Of a stretch of DNA of 54,097 bases, positions 39,246 through 54,097 are shown piece after piece. This DNA is from Chromera velia (lineage: Eukaryota), in contig JAHBMJ010000186.1 of assembly GCA_018398765.1 (NCBI GenBank), positions 1 through 54,097 on the forward strand, read 5' to 3'. The notes beneath the pieces were generated by a model, which was given only the letters and a program-made list of their open reading frames with translations, was not told where the DNA came from and searched no databases. Made by a program: the position numbers and the translations under genes. Position 1 is the first letter of the stretch. Every line of letters begins with the position of its first letter.

Positions 39246-39426
39246 AGTTAAGCTATACTAAGCAGTAACTTAAGCTGAGCTGTATTTTAAGCTATATTAT
39301 ATTTTATATTATATTTGAATATATAATTTTGGATCTACTGGCTTTGGATCAATTGCATGCACATGGACTGCATGGAGTAGCATGGAGCTATGTTCCAACG
39401 CATTGTATTAATTGTATTTATTCGTT

Positions 39427-50192
<10,766 letters not shown>

Positions 50193-51175
50193 TTCGTCCG
50201 TCTCCTTAATTCTCCGTCGAGGTAGCCTTGCTTCTGCCGATCTTTACTTCTGCAAGCTGCCCCTTCCTCTCTCAAATAAGTGCTCTAATATTGAAAGAGC
50301 AGCACAGAAGACAGAAAGCAGGGTCAACTCCCTTGAAGGGAAATTCGGCACTAAATGGAAAGGAGACGGGTAGAGAGATCGAAAGATGCGGAGACGTACG
50401 CGGACGAAGGGAAAACCTGGAAGAGAGGAAAATATATGCCACGCCAAAATTAATATTCCTGTGTCCGTTCTGCAGAGAAATGTATGCGAAGCGCTCACAG
50501 GGAAACACAACGGATACAGCCACAGGGGCCTGGGGCTGAGAACTGTTGACTGTCCCGAAATGTCTGCACGGCGTTAATTAGTTCTTCTGTGATATTCAGA
50601 GCAGCGTTTGCCAACAGCAGTTCTGCGTCGATGGAATGATGAACAGTCTTCAAAGCTGCGTGATGCTGCGTGGTGCTGCCTGCAGGAGATCAGCTGTGTG
50701 GTGAAAAGTGTGAATATGATGGGGTACCACGATGGTACCACGGCCCGGATCGGCCCGGTCATCGGCAATTCCATGCAATGCCGCGCGCCCCGCGCGCGCC
50801 GCGCGCGTGGCAATATGTGGCAATGAGTGACCACACATGACCACACGGGCAGGTTTGCCACAGGTCTCGATCAGAATGTTTCAGACGTCTCAGACAGACT
50901 TCGTCTCTGTCGTGTCTTGAATATTCCTATATATATTCGAAAACAATCTTGACTCATCTTCTACCCAATTGTGCAAAAACCAATAATCCAAAAACCTGTG
51001 AACGAACGACCTGTCTCGCGAAGACTGGATCATTGCGCGCATGCAGTGCTCTTGATCATGGGGAGCGTACTTCCAGCTCGGAGTGTGTCAGACAGAGAGA
51101 CCGCTTGCGAAGAGTCACAAGCCTTAGTTTGTTGAAGATCACGCAGAACAAGTTTTGCGTGACTGTACCTTAAGC

Positions 51176-52141
51176 ATGTTGTCTCGTAGTGCGACGAGCT
51201 CCACACAGGCAGACATCAAAGCTGCCACAGAAACAAGAGAAACTGCTGCCTTGATAAACTTGTCCGACAATCTCATTGTCTTGTTCGATAGCGACATCAC
51301 GGAGCACCTCTTTTCCTTCGTGTCTCCGATTGCCCTGAGCTCTTTGATGCAGTGCTCCCTCGCAGCGCACGCTGTTGCCGATCGAGCGCTTCGAAAATTT
51401 CGCCTTCGATCTCAGTTGCTTTCTCTGAGGTGGACCAGCGAAATGCACATAAAAGATGGGAGAAAAATTGATGGCCCCCTCCAACAGCGCGTGATCGACT
51501 CTGTTGACTACCATTTAGCGCGACTCGACAGAATCGAGACTTCAGCTGAAGCAGCAGAAGAGGAACTCGAAAACGCGGCGGAATCCAGAGAAGATGCGAA
51601 GAGCTCCCTTGAGGATTTGAAGGCGATCTCTCGGAACATGACAACCGCATTGGCAGGTCACTGTCGTAAGAAGAGCGCTCACGTTTTCACCTATCCACCG
51701 CCTGGATATGAGCTGGAACGCATTTACCCACCGCATGTGCTGGGGGAAGCTCCACCCGAACCGCAAACTAAGGGACGAAGATCCGCACTCGCCGCACATT
51801 TCAAAAGGTGCGCAGGCCCTTTCATTTACCCCAAATACCTGAAGGTACCCGCCGGCACAGTGCTGGTTGTGTACCTGAAGAAGGACACGCCTGGAGGAGA
51901 AGAGATGGCCGGGAAGCCCTTCATCCGGAGACTTCTCGAGGAGCCGATGGGCCCCGAGGCTCTCAGCGGCTTGCAGAGGCGTCGGGATGACGCGTGGAGA
52001 GAGGGGTTGGAGAGAATGAACATAGATGATGATCAGGAGGTGGTGGCGTTTTTCGATATCATGTCACTTTCCGACGACGGGGAACTGCAGCTGGAAATGG
52101 GGCATGAGGTTCTGTACACCGGCTCCGACTCGGATTGGTAA
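51176..52141 (+). CDS. Intronless 321-aa hypothetical protein with an F-box-like N-terminus and coiled coil
   Basis: Long non-repetitive ORF with ATG at 51176. LINLSDNL..DITEHLFSFVSPIALSSLMQCS resembles an F-box; E/A-rich heptads lie at ~51510-51640. Confidence 0.65.
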   Translation: MLSRSATSSTQADIKAATETRETAALINLSDNLIVLFDSDITEHLFSFVSPIALSSLMQCSLAAHAVADRALRKFRLRSQLLSLRWTSEMHIKDGRKIDGPLQQRVIDSVDYHLARLDRIETSAEAAEEELENAAESREDAKSSLEDLKAISRNMTTALAGHCRKKSAHVFTYPPPGYELERIYPPHVLGEAPPEPQTKGRRSALAAHFKRCAGPFIYPKYLKVPAGTVLVVYLKKDTPGGEEMAGKPFIRRLLEEPMGPEALSGLQRRRDDAWREGLERMNIDDDQEVVAFFDIMSLSDDGELQLEMGHEVLYTGSDSDW

Positions 52142-52523
52142 AACGGAACGGCAGATCGATCTGATTAATTTATACCTGCTTGCCCTGTGTTAGCTGGCCC
52201 TCTCTCCGTGACGGTCTCCGTCCCCAGCTCCGTCCTTAGCTCGGACCGTATATGAACCTGACCATAAGACCCTGGCAGCTCGAGGCTCAGTTTGCAGTCA
52301 CCTCCAGAAGACGCCCAGAGAGACGCCCATCATTCCAACGTATGGCATCGTCTATGGATGTCTATGGGTGTATCATGTCACGATTCATGCGGAAAAGATC
52401 AGTATATGAGGGCCGGATTGAGATCTAGGCCGAACGTTTTATGTATCGGCTGACATAAGCTGACAACGATGGTACATCATGATAATGATGAGTTTACATG
52501 GCAACCTTCATTTAGTGGAGTCA

Positions 52524-52555
<32 letters not shown>

Positions 52556-53700
52556 AATATTAAATGGGGCTAAATCATGTTATAAGCTTTACATATGTAA
52601 GTTTCAAGCTAAAGTCTCAAAAAGCTCTTTAAGTTTATAAGTTGGCACCCGTAGGGATGTAGGCCCTCAGCTAGTCGTAGCTGGGATCAGCTCCTACATA
52701 CGGATAAAGGTTCTGTCATGCATGGGTAGTTCTGCTATCTCTGTTCTGTAAGACAAACAACGGATGTCTTCATAGAGACTGCATGCTGCACAATTAGTTC
52801 CCGGCATGCATGCATGCATGCGCCCTACGCACGTTATGCGCGCGTACTTCATTTCATCCTAACACAACTGCTTGTCAGACCTTCACAACGCTACGTGCCC
52901 CCTCCCTCTAGAGTGGCGTCCCGCCACTTCATCAGCATGAGGCAATTTGATCTCAAAAAGGCGCGGTTCATACAGAACGGTCTCAAATCTATGCAAATCA
53001 CCTCAAGTCATTTTCTCCTTCTTCCAGCCTTTGCTGCTGATTAGGCTTATAACGACTGATTGCAAAGCAGGCTCTCTTTTCTCACATGAAAAGCGGAATA
53101 AAGAATCGTTCACAGGATTTGAACTTGGAATACAGCAGTACATGAGATGAACTGTTTCTTTGATTGGCTAATCCGTAGCCAATACAGCCACCTCTGCCTA
53201 CTTTAACTCTTGCTCTCTCTTTTTCTGATCGATCTGAATGTCTGCCTTATTCCAGCCATCATGCTGCGCAAACAGAGTCTTCCCTTTCTGGCCGTCAGTC
53301 ACTGTCAGCTCTTCTTCTCTTCCTCTCTTTGCTCTGTCTCCTTACTGCATGCCACCTGCTTCCGTCTCCTCCCTTCCTTCCTCACCCACACCACGGCTGA
53401 GCAAAGGCACGCAACGATTGAAACGATCACCGAAAAAAAAAATTCCTACCGAGCGCAGACAGATATTCCCTTATCAAACCAAACGACAACCACTACGAGA
53501 ATTTGATCCCCCAGGGTAGACAAACAGGCCAAGACGACTGTTCAAACGAAAAGAACGAATGCAAACGGACGAGATCGGACAGTCGTGCAACAAGACTGAA
53601 TAGAGACACACGCCGTCTCCATGCCTACATGATCACTTACTACGTTGCACCCTCATCAATTGTTTCTTCCCTGCACGATGCCTTCTGCTTACTCTCTTGC

Positions 53701-54097
53701 TCAGTAAATGGGCATTCCCATCGCATATCGTGCCCAAGATTCCTGAAAAAGTGCCTGGACAGACGGAGGCAATTCTTCCACTCTGTACCCCTCGTGCTGT
53801 GTGTTCGGTGTGTGCTCTTGATCGGATTGATGGATGCTGCTGATTCTCCTTGGCGGGGCAACGCTTCTCAGCAGAGGCGTGGAACTCCCAAGCCCCCTTG
53901 TTTCTCGCACACCTCCCATTTCGACACATCCACGGAGGCGAATGGAGCCAAATCTACGAGGAGCGGTCTCTGAAGCTGGCAAAGGTTCTCTAAGGCGAGG
54001 CATTGACTGATTACCAAAACCCCTCGCCTCTGTCTGCTCCTGTCGAATCGTTTTGATTTCAACCCTCCGCGTCTCTTGCTTCTTCCACTCTTTTCGC
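53701..54097 (-). CDS. Possible terminal exon of a gene lying beyond the window
   Basis: The frame is open from the window end (RKEWKKQETRRVEIKTIRQEQ..) to the stop at 53701. No recognisable motif. Confidence 0.3.
   Translation of the reverse strand, partial: RKEWKKQETRRVEIKTIRQEQTEARGFGNQSMPRLREPLPASETAPRRFGSIRLRGCVEMGGVRETRGLGSSTPLLRSVAPPRRISSIHQSDQEHTPNTQHEGYRVEELPPSVQALFQESWARYAMGMPIY

Overview
Intron-rich eukaryotic DNA with microsatellite-filled introns and many TGCATGCA motifs. Together with a PREX-type polymerase, this suggests an apicomplexan-related alveolate such as a chromerid (inference). Most entries in the ORF track are artefacts, so I spliced the genes by hand with GT-AG boundaries and phase checks. 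Genes: (1) the 3' part of a family-A DNA polymerase resembling the apicoplast PREX/Aquificae type, with a ~660-aa insert before motif C and no visible motif-A Asp; (2) an ELO fatty-acid elongase; (3) a ~2117-aa polycystin-1-like receptor (signal peptide, 7 RCC1 blades, 3 EGF, GAIN/GPS, several TMs) that needs a 9-nt microexon; (4) a GT61 glycosyltransferase; (5) a KDM5/JARID-like JmjN-JmjC protein lacking all three Fe ligands and carrying an intron-split FtsK-gamma-like winged helix; (6) an intronless F-box-like ORF. Intergenic DNA holds two MITE-like elements and a ~5-kb LTR-like relic. Its two terminal repeats differ by about 30 substitutions, all transitions and mostly outside CpG, which resembles RIP. 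The best leads are the JmjC-pseudoenzyme/FtsK-gamma fusion and the RIP-like hypermutation. All alignments are manual and from memory of the families; no searches were run.
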